32,000 nucleotides of DNA, taken from NCBI RefSeq assembly GCF_000018105.1, contig NC_009925.1, positions 1,650,001 through 1,682,000 on the forward strand, given 5' to 3'. The notes under the pieces were generated by a model. That model had not been told where the DNA came from, did not search any database, and saw only the letters and a program-made list of their open reading frames with translations. How positions within the stretch are numbered: position 1 is the first letter of the stretch; each line of letters begins with the position of its first letter. This DNA comes from Acaryochloris marina MBIC11017. Lineage in GTDB: Bacteria > Cyanobacteriota > Cyanobacteriia > Thermosynechococcales > Thermosynechococcaceae. Below, in pieces: positions 1 to 7,691 of this stretch. Both the position numbers and the translations under genes were made by a program.

Positions 1-737
1 CAACCCCGACTCTGGGTAATACGGATAGCTATAGCGCTGGAAATCTGAGTATAGAGATTAGCCGAACAGCTTACACCATCAGCGATCTAACACAAATTCA
101 GATCTCTATTAGCTTTAGTAACTTTAGTATTCCTCCTGGTAGCTTGCAGAATTGGCGTTTTCGTATTCGTTGTGTGTCGGCAACTACAGGCAGATTTGAT
201 GCCTGGTTTCATAATTCAGGCTTTGCACGATTCCGATCTCATCCTTTAGTACAGGCTCAAGGGACTATTGGTATCGCCGCAACTGCCCGTGGTTGTATCG
301 CTGTTGCTAGCCATGTTTCCAAGAATAGTTGGGATAGTGATGATGGTCCGCAACAAGATCTTATGGCAGTGATGGGTCGCTCTAGTAGTTTTAGTAGTCT
401 GGGTCCCACTCGCGATGGACGATTGAAACCTGAAATTTCTGCTCCGGGCCAATATATTACTGCGGCACTGGCTGAGAACTCAGACTTATCAGATGTTAGT
501 GTCCGAGCTGATGAGACCAATAGTTTGCTGACGATTGAAGGCACAAGCATGTCAGCTCCAGTTGTGACTGGAGCAATTGCATTGATGCTGCAAAAAAATC
601 CTAGTCTAACGCCGGAACAAGTGAAAGAGATTTTGAAAGAGTCTGCTAAAAAAGATGCACATACGCAAGATACAGCTTGGACGCCTGCCTACGGTTATGG
701 AAAGTTGGACATTGCCGCAGCAGTAAGCAGAGTTTAA
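1..737 (+). CDS. Subtilisin-like serine peptidase (S8 family), 5'-truncated by the window edge
   Basis: The reading frame is open from position 3 with no upstream stop, so the listed TTG at 144 is not the true start. The catalytic-serine motif GTSMSAPVVTGAIALM is followed by an S8-typical C-terminus (YGYGKLDIAAAV). Stop codon at 735-737. Confidence 0.85.
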   Translation, partial: TPTLGNTDSYSAGNLSIEISRTAYTISDLTQIQISISFSNFSIPPGSLQNWRFRIRCVSATTGRFDAWFHNSGFARFRSHPLVQAQGTIGIAATARGCIAVASHVSKNSWDSDDGPQQDLMAVMGRSSSFSSLGPTRDGRLKPEISAPGQYITAALAENSDLSDVSVRADETNSLLTIEGTSMSAPVVTGAIALMLQKNPSLTPEQVKEILKESAKKDAHTQDTAWTPAYGYGKLDIAAAVSRV

Positions 738-763
738 TCCCAACATAATCTCCCCAAGAGAAT

Positions 764-1030
764 TTATTTAACATCTTTTTGGGGAGCTTGATACATTTGA
801 TGAGCTTGCTTGATCTCGACTATCGCGAGATCTTCTAATGCCTTCACAGCTTCAGGATTTATTTCGGCCGAAATAAATCCTGAAGCAGGGATTTTTAAAT
901 TTTCTGCGCCAGATTGCTGTAACTTATTGACTATTTCTTCTTGGGTATGTTCACCACGCGGCGAAATCAGTGCAGGAAGCTTACATGATGATGTATTAGA
1001 TGGAGAAGTATGGGCAGGTTGTAACCACAT
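764..1030 (-). CDS. Small free-standing protein resembling a subtilase I9 propeptide/inhibitor domain
   Basis: The segment GFISAEINPEAVKALEDLAIVEIKQAHQMY matches the pattern of the subtilisin propeptide C-terminus (compare ...[29 protein letters not shown]). It is convergent with the S8 gene. The N-terminal ~25 aa look non-native, so the start is uncertain. The ORF contains a 38-bp palindrome. Confidence 0.4.
   Translation of the reverse strand: MWLQPAHTSPSNTSSCKLPALISPRGEHTQEEIVNKLQQSGAENLKIPASGFISAEINPEAVKALEDLAIVEIKQAHQMYQAPQKDVK
849..886. repeat. 38-bp perfect palindrome (19-bp arms, no spacer); possible terminator hairpin for the S8 gene
   Basis: gcttcaggatttatttcgg / ccgaaataaatcctgaagc; all 19 pairs were checked base by base. 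On the + strand it is followed after 4 nt by TTTTTAAATTTT. Both strands encode ASGFISAEINPEA across it. Confidence 0.8.
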
Positions 1031-1368
1031 GGGCTAAAGATTTAGACTTTACCTCTTAATACTAGCCTCTTGCTGATGAGTTGTTGTGACCTCACTAACA
1101 AAGCTGAGTGCCACATGATACCAAAGTAAATAAGCTGTCATTTGTGGGTTGCCCCCAGGGAGAGGTGGGGCGGATAAATCGGCTACATAGATTATTTTCA
1201 CTTCCCTAGTCTCTTTTGGTGTCGTTTCGCCTAATTCAACCGCTTTGCCAAAAACCCCCCGATAAATGTTGCTTGCTTAATGTGATTATGTCGATAATAG
1301 AACTCTTGCACAATTCGTTTCATGATGCTGTTACTCACTTAATTTCTGTCGCGATCTGACTTGAATTT

Positions 1369-1627
1369 TTAGTCCTCTACCATATCGGTAACTGGATTAT
1401 GGAAGAGGTCTAATGATGTAGACGATACCATAGGGAAATCTTCTCAGGAACAACGGCGTATCTGCCTATCGAGTACTTTCTAAGCTCTTGGATTCTGAAC
1501 GACTCGCTGGACAGTCGCATCTACTGCTTCACAAAACTCTCGCCCTAGCTCAGAACGGTTAACCTCATAGAAGTTGGCGGCAGCTTCAACTTCAAGAAGC
1601 TGGAGTAAGAAAACGATATTTCTTCAA
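1369..1627 (-). pseudogene. Decayed ParE/RelE-family toxin gene
   Basis: The minus strand reads LKKISFLTPAS*, then after a frame change EVEAAANFYEVNRSELGREFCEAVDATVQRVVQNPRA*(TAG at 1480-1482)KVLDRQIRRCS*(TGA), then after another frame change FP-YGIVYII. This is the typical ParE/RelE layout, broken by at least 2 stops and at least 2 frameshifts. The TTG start overlaps the antitoxin TGA (TTGA). Confidence 0.6.
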
Positions 1628-1837
1628 CGAGATAACTTTCCTTTCAGTTCTGAAAGGACACATTCACCATCCACAGCCTCAATTTCACCACGCTGGTAGG
1701 AATTTAAGCGATCGTTCGATCTTTCAGCCATGCCTGTAATGAGCTGGATAAAGGCTCTGCCACAGCGTATCAATTAGCTGCGATCTCTCGAATGGTGAAA
1801 GCTTCAGAGCTGCTTCCCTGAGGAGAACGCTATCCAT
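1624..1837 (-). pseudogene. Frameshifted addiction-module antitoxin (Unstab_antitox / TIGR02574-like)
   Basis: The N-terminal piece MDSVLLREAALKLSPFERSQLIDTLWQSLYPAHYRHG* (1724-1837) carries the LSPxERxxLIxxLWxSL signature. The C-terminal piece MAERSNDRLNSYQRGEIEAVDGECVLSELKGKLSR* (1624-1731) lies in a different frame, so there is one frameshift near 1730. Confidence 0.6.
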
Positions 1838-1974
1838 AGATTCCTACGCCCCTATTCGTTTTGGTTTATTGAATCAATGACATCTTCGCTACCCCACATT
1901 ACAGCGATCGCCCTCTTCACCAAACGCGATCTCATGGAAATTTGAAGATATCAGCACATTAGTAAAGCAGATTC

Positions 1975-2538
1975 CTAGATCTTCAGCCAAGCGAACAAGT
2001 TCTCAACTGATAATTGCAGACCACTTGCAAAATCAGGCCCTAGCAATACTTCACTCGCTGCATCGTAAATTTCTATTTCTTGCTTAGGACGATACACAAA
2101 TACCGTTTTTTCATCAGGGTCAATCAACCAGCCCATCAATGTTCCATGCTGAAGGCAATGCATAATATTCTTCGTTACACGAGTATGGCTTTGGTCAGGC
2201 GATAAAATTTCGATCGTCCAATCAGGTGCAAGCGGGAAAGCATTCGCCACTTCTCCACTGTCATCGCAAGGGATTCGATTCCATGTAAACACCGCAATAT
2301 CAGGAACCGTTGATCGATCTCCAAAAGTGCAGCGTAACTCAGGGAAAGCACAAGCAACTCGTTCTGGCTTAACCACCGCATTAATCGCAGCTAATAGCTC
2401 ACCTTGGATACGGCTATGTTTTCCTTGAGGCATTGGCTTTTGCAGGATCTGCCCTTCAATATACTCACTAGCCGGTTTGGTCTCCGGTAATCTCAGAAAT
2501 TCTCCCAGAGTCAGGGATTTAGAGGGAACTTGAACCAT
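1975..2538 (-). CDS. Uma2 family (DUF820) putative restriction-type endonuclease
   Basis: 187 aa with characteristic blocks: EYIEGQI, PDIAVF, APDWTIEILSPDQS, KNIMHCLQHGTLMGWLIDPDEKTVFVY. This family is highly expanded in cyanobacteria. Confidence 0.9.
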   Translation of the reverse strand: MVQVPSKSLTLGEFLRLPETKPASEYIEGQILQKPMPQGKHSRIQGELLAAINAVVKPERVACAFPELRCTFGDRSTVPDIAVFTWNRIPCDDSGEVANAFPLAPDWTIEILSPDQSHTRVTKNIMHCLQHGTLMGWLIDPDEKTVFVYRPKQEIEIYDAASEVLLGPDFASGLQLSVENLFAWLKI

Positions 2539-2575
2539 ATCGCAAAGTTCTAACAGTGCTAGTTACAGAATAGCG

Positions 2576-3700
2576 TTAGGTTGAAAACTGGACCTGCCCT
2601 GCTTTTACCGTCAAGATTTGCGCAGAGTCTAGCCATTTAGCATCAAAAGCACCTAGATGGGTTGTCGTAATCAGGGTTTGAAAGCGAGTCTGAATCGCAT
2701 CTAAAAGCTGGTTTTGCCGATTCAGATCCAGCTCCGCTAGCACATCATCTAGGAGCAGTAGGGGGGCTTCACCCACCACTTCCTCAATCAGCTTCAGCTC
2801 CGCTAACTTCAGAGCCAAAACTAATGTGCGCTGCTGGCCTTGCGACCCATACTGACGGGCTGGAGTGCCATTAATAAGTAACGTCACTTCATCTCGATGG
2901 GGACCAACCAGGGATAGACCTTGCAATTGCTCCAGCATCGACTTTTCCTCCAGTTGGCTAAGGAACTGCGGATAGAGCTGCTCAGGAAATTGGGGGTCAT
3001 AGCTAACGTTAGGAGTGTAGAGAATTTCTAGCTGTTCTTGATGGCCACTAATGGTTTGGTGCCAGTGGCCTGCTAGGGGGACTAACCGCATCAACATCCG
3101 CTGACGCCTCTGAATCACCCGTGAACCACTCGCTGCCAGCTGCTGATTCCACAAAACAAGTTGCTGGGGGTCAAGCTGAGGAGCATCATCAGCACGATGG
3201 TGCTTCAGATAAGCATTACGCTGCTTAAGGACCTGCTGATATTGCTGCAGCAAATGGGCATAGACAGGTTCCAACTGCACCAGCACTGCATCTAGCCAAT
3301 TCCGTCGCTCTCCGGGGCCACCCCGCACCAAATCCATGTCGAGACTGGAAAACTGGACAATATTGAGGTGTCCAAGGAAATCGAGCTGGCGACGAATCGT
3401 TTCACTGTTCACGGAAACCGTGCGACGGCCATTAGCCCGCAAGGTCAAACTCAAATCGAGAGGGCCACTTTCCCGTTGGAGGGTCGCCGTTACCTGGCTG
3501 AGGGATTCGCCGTCTTTAACCAAGTCGCGATCGCGGCTGACTCGATGAGATTTTAAGGTTGAAAGCAGCTCCACCGCTTCTAAGAGGTTGGACTTTCCCT
3601 GGGCATTCGGCCCCACCAAAATCGTTTTGGGAGCAGAGAACTCCACCTGCTGGGCGACATAGTTGCGAAATTGGATCAGGTGGAGCTGCTGGAGATACAC
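2576..3700 (-). CDS. recF: DNA replication and repair protein RecF
   Basis: 374 aa. N-terminus L-L--FRNY, Walker [14 protein letters not shown], signature-like [16 protein letters not shown], Walker [13 protein letters not shown]. Confidence 0.95.
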   Translation of the reverse strand: MYLQQLHLIQFRNYVAQQVEFSAPKTILVGPNAQGKSNLLEAVELLSTLKSHRVSRDRDLVKDGESLSQVTATLQRESGPLDLSLTLRANGRRTVSVNSETIRRQLDFLGHLNIVQFSSLDMDLVRGGPGERRNWLDAVLVQLEPVYAHLLQQYQQVLKQRNAYLKHHRADDAPQLDPQQLVLWNQQLAASGSRVIQRRQRMLMRLVPLAGHWHQTISGHQEQLEILYTPNVSYDPQFPEQLYPQFLSQLEEKSMLEQLQGLSLVGPHRDEVTLLINGTPARQYGSQGQQRTLVLALKLAELKLIEEVVGEAPLLLLDDVLAELDLNRQNQLLDAIQTRFQTLITTTHLGAFDAKWLDSAQILTVKAGQVQFST

Positions 3701-3706
3701 AAGGGC

Positions 3707-4336
3707 TTAATGCTCAAAAATATTGTCAAAATGCATCAGGTCAAGGGTGACGATGGTGGGTAGGCACTGGAAGCAAGCCATGGCTAGTTCTAGACGCTCT
3801 TCCCGCTCTAACATCTTCACAAGGGTAGCCTGGGCCGATAGCAAATAGCGGACATCATTCGAGGCATAGTTCAACTGCTCTTCCGAGAGGTTTTCTGCAT
3901 TTCCCCAGTCAGAACTTTGGGCTGACTTGTCGAGTTCTTCACCCACCAACTCTCTGACTAGCTCCTTCAGACCATGACGAGGGCTGTAGGTTCGCACCAA
4001 TTTACTGGCTATTTTGGTGCAGAAGATCGGCATGGTTTCAATATCAAGGTGATGCAGCAGCGTGGCGATATCAAAGCGGGCAAAGTGAAAGACCTTTAAG
4101 ACTGTGTCCGACTCCATCAGTTGCTTGAGGTTGGGCGCATCCATTTGTCCCTGGGCAATTCGCACCACGGTGACTTGGCCTTCAGGATTGCAAATCTGTA
4201 CCAGACAGAGGCGATCACGATGGGGCTTCAATCCCATAGTTTCGGTATCCACCGCAATCCGATCTGCCTGGAGATAGTCCTGGAGAAAGGCGTCGCTAAG
4301 ATCGCGATCGCAAACCTGAAACTCACTAAGTGCCAT
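3707..4336 (-). CDS. RNase D-like 3'-5' exonuclease (DEDDy domain only)
   Basis: Exo motifs are IAVDTETMGL (ExoI), HFARFDIATL (ExoII-like) and YASNDVRYL (ExoIII, Y-x3-D). Its stop is 6 nt upstream of the recF start, so the two are probably co-transcribed. Confidence 0.85.
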   Translation of the reverse strand: MALSEFQVCDRDLSDAFLQDYLQADRIAVDTETMGLKPHRDRLCLVQICNPEGQVTVVRIAQGQMDAPNLKQLMESDTVLKVFHFARFDIATLLHHLDIETMPIFCTKIASKLVRTYSPRHGLKELVRELVGEELDKSAQSSDWGNAENLSEEQLNYASNDVRYLLSAQATLVKMLEREERLELAMACFQCLPTIVTLDLMHFDNIFEH

Positions 4337-4456
4337 TCAATGCCCCCATACGTTCTGATGGGCATTGTACAGAAATTAGGGAAGGTTCAACCAAAATAGC
4401 CTCAGAAAAAGCCAGCCTGACCGCTATAATCACCACAGAGTTTTAGGGAAGCGCAA

Positions 4457-4726
4457 ATGCCGAAGTACGTCATGTGGGGTAGCTACTGCGATGGAGTGCT
4501 AGAAAAGCGAGCCCCCTATCGCCAAGCTCACTTAGATGGCCTCAATGCCCAAAAAGAAGCGGGAACGCTGATTACGATTGGCCCGACTAAAGATATCAAA
4601 ATGGTCTTTGGTATCTACGACGCTGAAGATGAAGATACTGTACGCAAGTTGGTGGAATCTGATCCCTATTGGCAAAACGGCATTTGGACCGAGTACGAAA
4701 TTCGAGAATGGATTCAAGCCCTTTAG
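4457..4726 (+). CDS. YciI-like protein
   Basis: 89 aa. The pattern KYVMWGSY...RAPYRQAHLDGL...G-LI--GP...G--I-DAEDE--VRKLVESDPY is typical of the YciI/DGPF fold family. Confidence 0.8.
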   Translation: MPKYVMWGSYCDGVLEKRAPYRQAHLDGLNAQKEAGTLITIGPTKDIKMVFGIYDAEDEDTVRKLVESDPYWQNGIWTEYEIREWIQAL

Positions 4727-4743
4727 GCCATTGCTCCATCGCT

Positions 4744-4875
4744 GTGAAACTGCTTTTAGATGAAAACCTATCCGACCGCATCATTCACAGAATTAGCGAT
4801 CTGTATCTAGATTCTGAGCAGGTCAAAGCGCTAGGACTGAAGCATGCAGCGGAAAACGCAATATTTGAATACTGA
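4744..4875 (+). pseudogene. 3'-truncated DUF5615 (PIN-like toxin-type) gene fragment
   Basis: From the GTG at 4744 it reads VKLLLDENLSDRIIHRISDLYLDSEQVKALGLKHAAENAIFEY*. This matches the first ~43 aa of ~110-aa DUF5615 proteins and stops where ...YA-----IIV-KD-DF should follow. No continuation appears in any frame, and there is no partner DUF433 gene upstream. Confidence 0.55.
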
Positions 4876-5266
4876 CCTTGAACTTCGATCCCATGAACCC
4901 CTAACAACGCTATGCCATGAGTTCGAGAAAACCTGCTGTATTTTGAATCATACCCAAGCTGATAATGGGCACTGGCACGCCATAATAGAAAGTAACCTGA
5001 GTGAAGACTCCGGCGCGAATCTTGCGATTCAGGCCATGCTGGCAGTCCTGCCTCAGTTATCCGCTCAGGCTAAACGACAATGGGATAATTGTTACCTTCG
5101 AGAATTCGATCTGGGATTTGAATGTGGAGATACATGGGCCTATCCTTATGCCCTAACTGCTGAATCCGTTCGCTTAATTGCAGAGGCTAATTGCTCACTC
5201 TCTGTGACCTTGTATCCATTCCGTACCAGTGATGCTGGAGGTAATAAGAGTCTGTCATTCAACTGA
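4844..5266 (+). CDS. Hypothetical protein (layout reminiscent of DUF4279; unverified)
   Basis: 140-aa ORF with no competing frame. The pattern TDLELRS--PLTTLCHEF ... W-A-IES ... LREFDLGF-CG ... LTAESVRLIAEANCSLSVTLYP resembles DUF4279-type proteins from memory only. Confidence 0.45.
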   Translation: MQRKTQYLNTDLELRSHEPLTTLCHEFEKTCCILNHTQADNGHWHAIIESNLSEDSGANLAIQAMLAVLPQLSAQAKRQWDNCYLREFDLGFECGDTWAYPYALTAESVRLIAEANCSLSVTLYPFRTSDAGGNKSLSFN

Positions 5267-5435
5267 CTGGAAGAGAAGGAACACTCACTCGCTACAACAA
5301 TTCCAGGGCTAGATCAGTCTTATAGTCTTACTAAGAAAAATCAAACAGTGATGACGTGCTTCTCTGTCTGAGATGAAGAATGTGAATTGACACCAGAGAA
5401 TAGTCATCCCAACGAATAAGCCTTTTATTTATCTC

Positions 5436-6290
5436 ATGCTTGCCAACCTAGCGCTTCATACTGCGGCTCGTCATTACTGCCAAACGCAATCAAACTATTG
5501 GTATCAACACACAACTGAAATACGGCAAACCATACCTCGTGATCAGGGCAACTATCAGCAGATGTTGTTAGAGAGCTATGCCCGCTCCGATGTGCTCACG
5601 ATCATCTGCACAGAACTTGAGCGACTCGACCCCGATCACCTCGATGATATTGATATAACTCGCGATGGTCTCCGACCGGCCTTCGGCCATCGCATCGTGC
5701 AAATCGGTAGAGATGCTCAGAAAACGCCGTCACATCCCAATATGGGGCAACCGCCACCCCAAATTTCTCAGGCCACAATTGGCGTTAACGTGGACGATGC
5801 AATCACAAACGAACGAGAAGCCTTCTGCACCTACATTCAAGAACTCTCAGAGTCCCAACTTCACGCTGTTCAGCCCTTACCTTATCAGCGGGTCTTGTCC
5901 CCAGCCGAGCCCAGAACCCTGTGGCAGGGACTCCGCAACCGTTGGAAAATTATCAGCCCCTATTGGCATCCACTCCATCCACGCAACTTGTCAGATATCA
6001 CAGCCTTTAACACAGATGCATTTGAAGCATTTTGCGAATCTTTCAGCCTGATCGATCGGTTGTCCAATCGCGGCATTACCCGCATTTGGGAACTGCGGGA
6101 CTATGGAATTGAATACGAGCAGGACATTTCTCTATTTGACCCTGCGTACAATGGCAATGAGGGCTACTGGACATCGAATCGTTTAGACTGGATTGTCTAT
6201 GCCTCCCATGAAGACTCTACAACCGTTGGGGGATGGTTACTAGAAGAGATTAAAGAGCAATGGCTAGACTGGGAAAAACACACCTGGTAA
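5436..6290 (+). CDS. Hypothetical protein, no recognised domain
   Basis: 284-aa ORF. The C-terminal block GYWTSNRLDWIVYASHEDSTTVGGWLLEEIKEQW looks like a conserved fold element, but I cannot name a family. Confidence 0.55.
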   Translation: MLANLALHTAARHYCQTQSNYWYQHTTEIRQTIPRDQGNYQQMLLESYARSDVLTIICTELERLDPDHLDDIDITRDGLRPAFGHRIVQIGRDAQKTPSHPNMGQPPPQISQATIGVNVDDAITNEREAFCTYIQELSESQLHAVQPLPYQRVLSPAEPRTLWQGLRNRWKIISPYWHPLHPRNLSDITAFNTDAFEAFCESFSLIDRLSNRGITRIWELRDYGIEYEQDISLFDPAYNGNEGYWTSNRLDWIVYASHEDSTTVGGWLLEEIKEQWLDWEKHTW

Positions 6291-6393
6291 CCCCGAATGT
6301 GTAGAGGCAAGAACTTGAGATGTCTATTCGGTGGAGGGCTTTTGCAGCTTAAGCGTCCTTAAAAAGGATGTAGCTTCAGATGCATAATCAGGC

Positions 6394-6816
6394 ATGAAAA
6401 AATGGCAAATTATCTATCACCCACAGCGACGATTCAGTCCCGTCAGTTGGTGGGTGCATAAAGCGGTTCATGAAACGCCTCTGACTTCAGAATGGAGGGA
6501 CGCAGATCAGTATGCCCCCGCCTTTCCGCCCTGTGTCTTTGGAGAAGGATTTCCCTGCCTGCTAGTAACAGTCGATGGGTTTGCTTTAGAGTTTGCCTCA
6601 TCCTATGAAGTCAGGCACTGCATTGAGATACTGCAGCAAAAACATTTACCGGCAACGAAAAACTTAGTTTGCGAAAACAGTACAACCTATCAAGGGTTTA
6701 ATCACTGGTTAGCCATTTATCCTGCATCCCTCAAGTCATGGAAACAGCGCCAAAGAACAGTGAAGATCCTTACCAAGACATTAATGGAGTTGGCACAAGC
6801 AGGTATTCATTTTTAA
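6394..6816 (+). CDS. Hypothetical protein, no recognised domain
   Basis: 140-aa ORF, same strand and spacing as its neighbours. No motif recognised. Confidence 0.5.
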   Translation: MKKWQIIYHPQRRFSPVSWWVHKAVHETPLTSEWRDADQYAPAFPPCVFGEGFPCLLVTVDGFALEFASSYEVRHCIEILQQKHLPATKNLVCENSTTYQGFNHWLAIYPASLKSWKQRQRTVKILTKTLMELAQAGIHF

Positions 6817-6952
6817 CTCACGCTTGCAGAAATTTTTCAAGATTGGGCTATAACCCGTCAACTGAAGATTGGGTGTGATATCTATCAATGCATCAGCTAG
6901 AGTGAGATGAGATTATACCCAGAATGCTAGGTATAGGATAAAAATTTTCGGC

Positions 6953-7648
6953 ATGATCAAGCCATCTATAATGCCTAAAAACTGGTCGTTAGTATTATTA
7001 GTGTTGATCAGCACTCCTCTATTCTGGGCCTGTAATCGGATCCCCATCGTTAGGGAATTCTCAAACGATCAAGCTCAAGCAACCGATCCAAAGCCCGACA
7101 AAGTCCTACAAGCCTTTGAATCCATTCCTGGTACTCCTTATCTAGTCGCCAATATCGCACAAGTGAAAGCGGGAAAATCTCGCGTATCTTCTTCTGAATT
7201 CTATTCACGCAAGGGGGGCGGTATTGCCAACCTTGTCTTTCTTGATTCTGGTTCTCTAGAATCTCATAGCCTGTTCGACACGAATCAATACACGATTGTT
7301 GAAGCCAAACAATATTCTCTCGACGAACCAGCCTCTAATCCAGAAGCAAAGAAGATCAAGAAAACGGCTCGCTTTGTCTATCAGGTGCTAAAGCAGGATA
7401 CCAATGGAGATAAGTATTTAGACAGCAGAGATCACCGGACTATCGCAATTTCAGATGCGTTTGGTAAGCAATATGTTGAAGTCTTGACGGATATCAGTCA
7501 GCTTTTCAACTTACAGCCTTTAACTGGCAATCGCTTACTGGTGGTGTATGTCAAAAATGGAACGAAAATGGCGAGTCTTCTGGATCTCAATCAAAGAAAA
7601 ATCGTCCAGACCAAGGACCTGACCAAACTAGGGGATGATGTCGAGTAG
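6953..7648 (+). CDS. Putative lipoprotein with an EF-hand-like Ca-binding loop
   Basis: The N-terminus MIKPSIMPKNWSLVLLVLISTPLFWAC is a signal peptide with a lipobox-like LFWA|C. The loop DTNGDKYLDSRD fits the D-x-N-x-D-x-x-L-x-x-x-D EF-hand spacing. Confidence 0.6.
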   Translation: MIKPSIMPKNWSLVLLVLISTPLFWACNRIPIVREFSNDQAQATDPKPDKVLQAFESIPGTPYLVANIAQVKAGKSRVSSSEFYSRKGGGIANLVFLDSGSLESHSLFDTNQYTIVEAKQYSLDEPASNPEAKKIKKTARFVYQVLKQDTNGDKYLDSRDHRTIAISDAFGKQYVEVLTDISQLFNLQPLTGNRLLVVYVKNGTKMASLLDLNQRKIVQTKDLTKLGDDVE

Positions 7649-7691
7649 TTGAACAGTAAAGCCTTTCCGAAGTTACACCTAAAAATTCAAC

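Noticed and set aside
246-550. Antisense or overlapping ORFs within well-supported genes. Examples are 246-452 and 257-550 (-), 3336-3750 (+), 7768-8466 (+), 10341-10919 (+), 12089-12946, 21788-22866, 25784-26206 (-) and 31133-31507 (-).
   Set aside because: Each lies wholly inside a longer ORF on another frame or strand that has clear family motifs. Their translations are low-complexity or R/S/P-rich, as expected for shadow frames.
810-1037. + strand 75-aa ORF overlapping the I9-like ORF.
   Set aside because: Its only protein-like segment (SGFISAEINPEAG) is the mirror image generated by the 38-bp palindrome. The rest has no features, and the minus-strand ORF has the better family resemblance.
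1040-1340. Possible transposase or integrase remnant. The minus strand reads MKRIVQEFYYRHNHIKQ..., vaguely like the C-terminus of rve-type integrases.
   Set aside because: The resemblance is too short and weak. There are no inverted repeats or DDE motifs, so I cannot support a mobile-element call.
5665-6051. Alternative-frame 128-aa ORF inside the 5436-6290 gene.
   Set aside because: It is shorter, P/S-rich and fully nested. The 284-aa frame is the more plausible coding frame.
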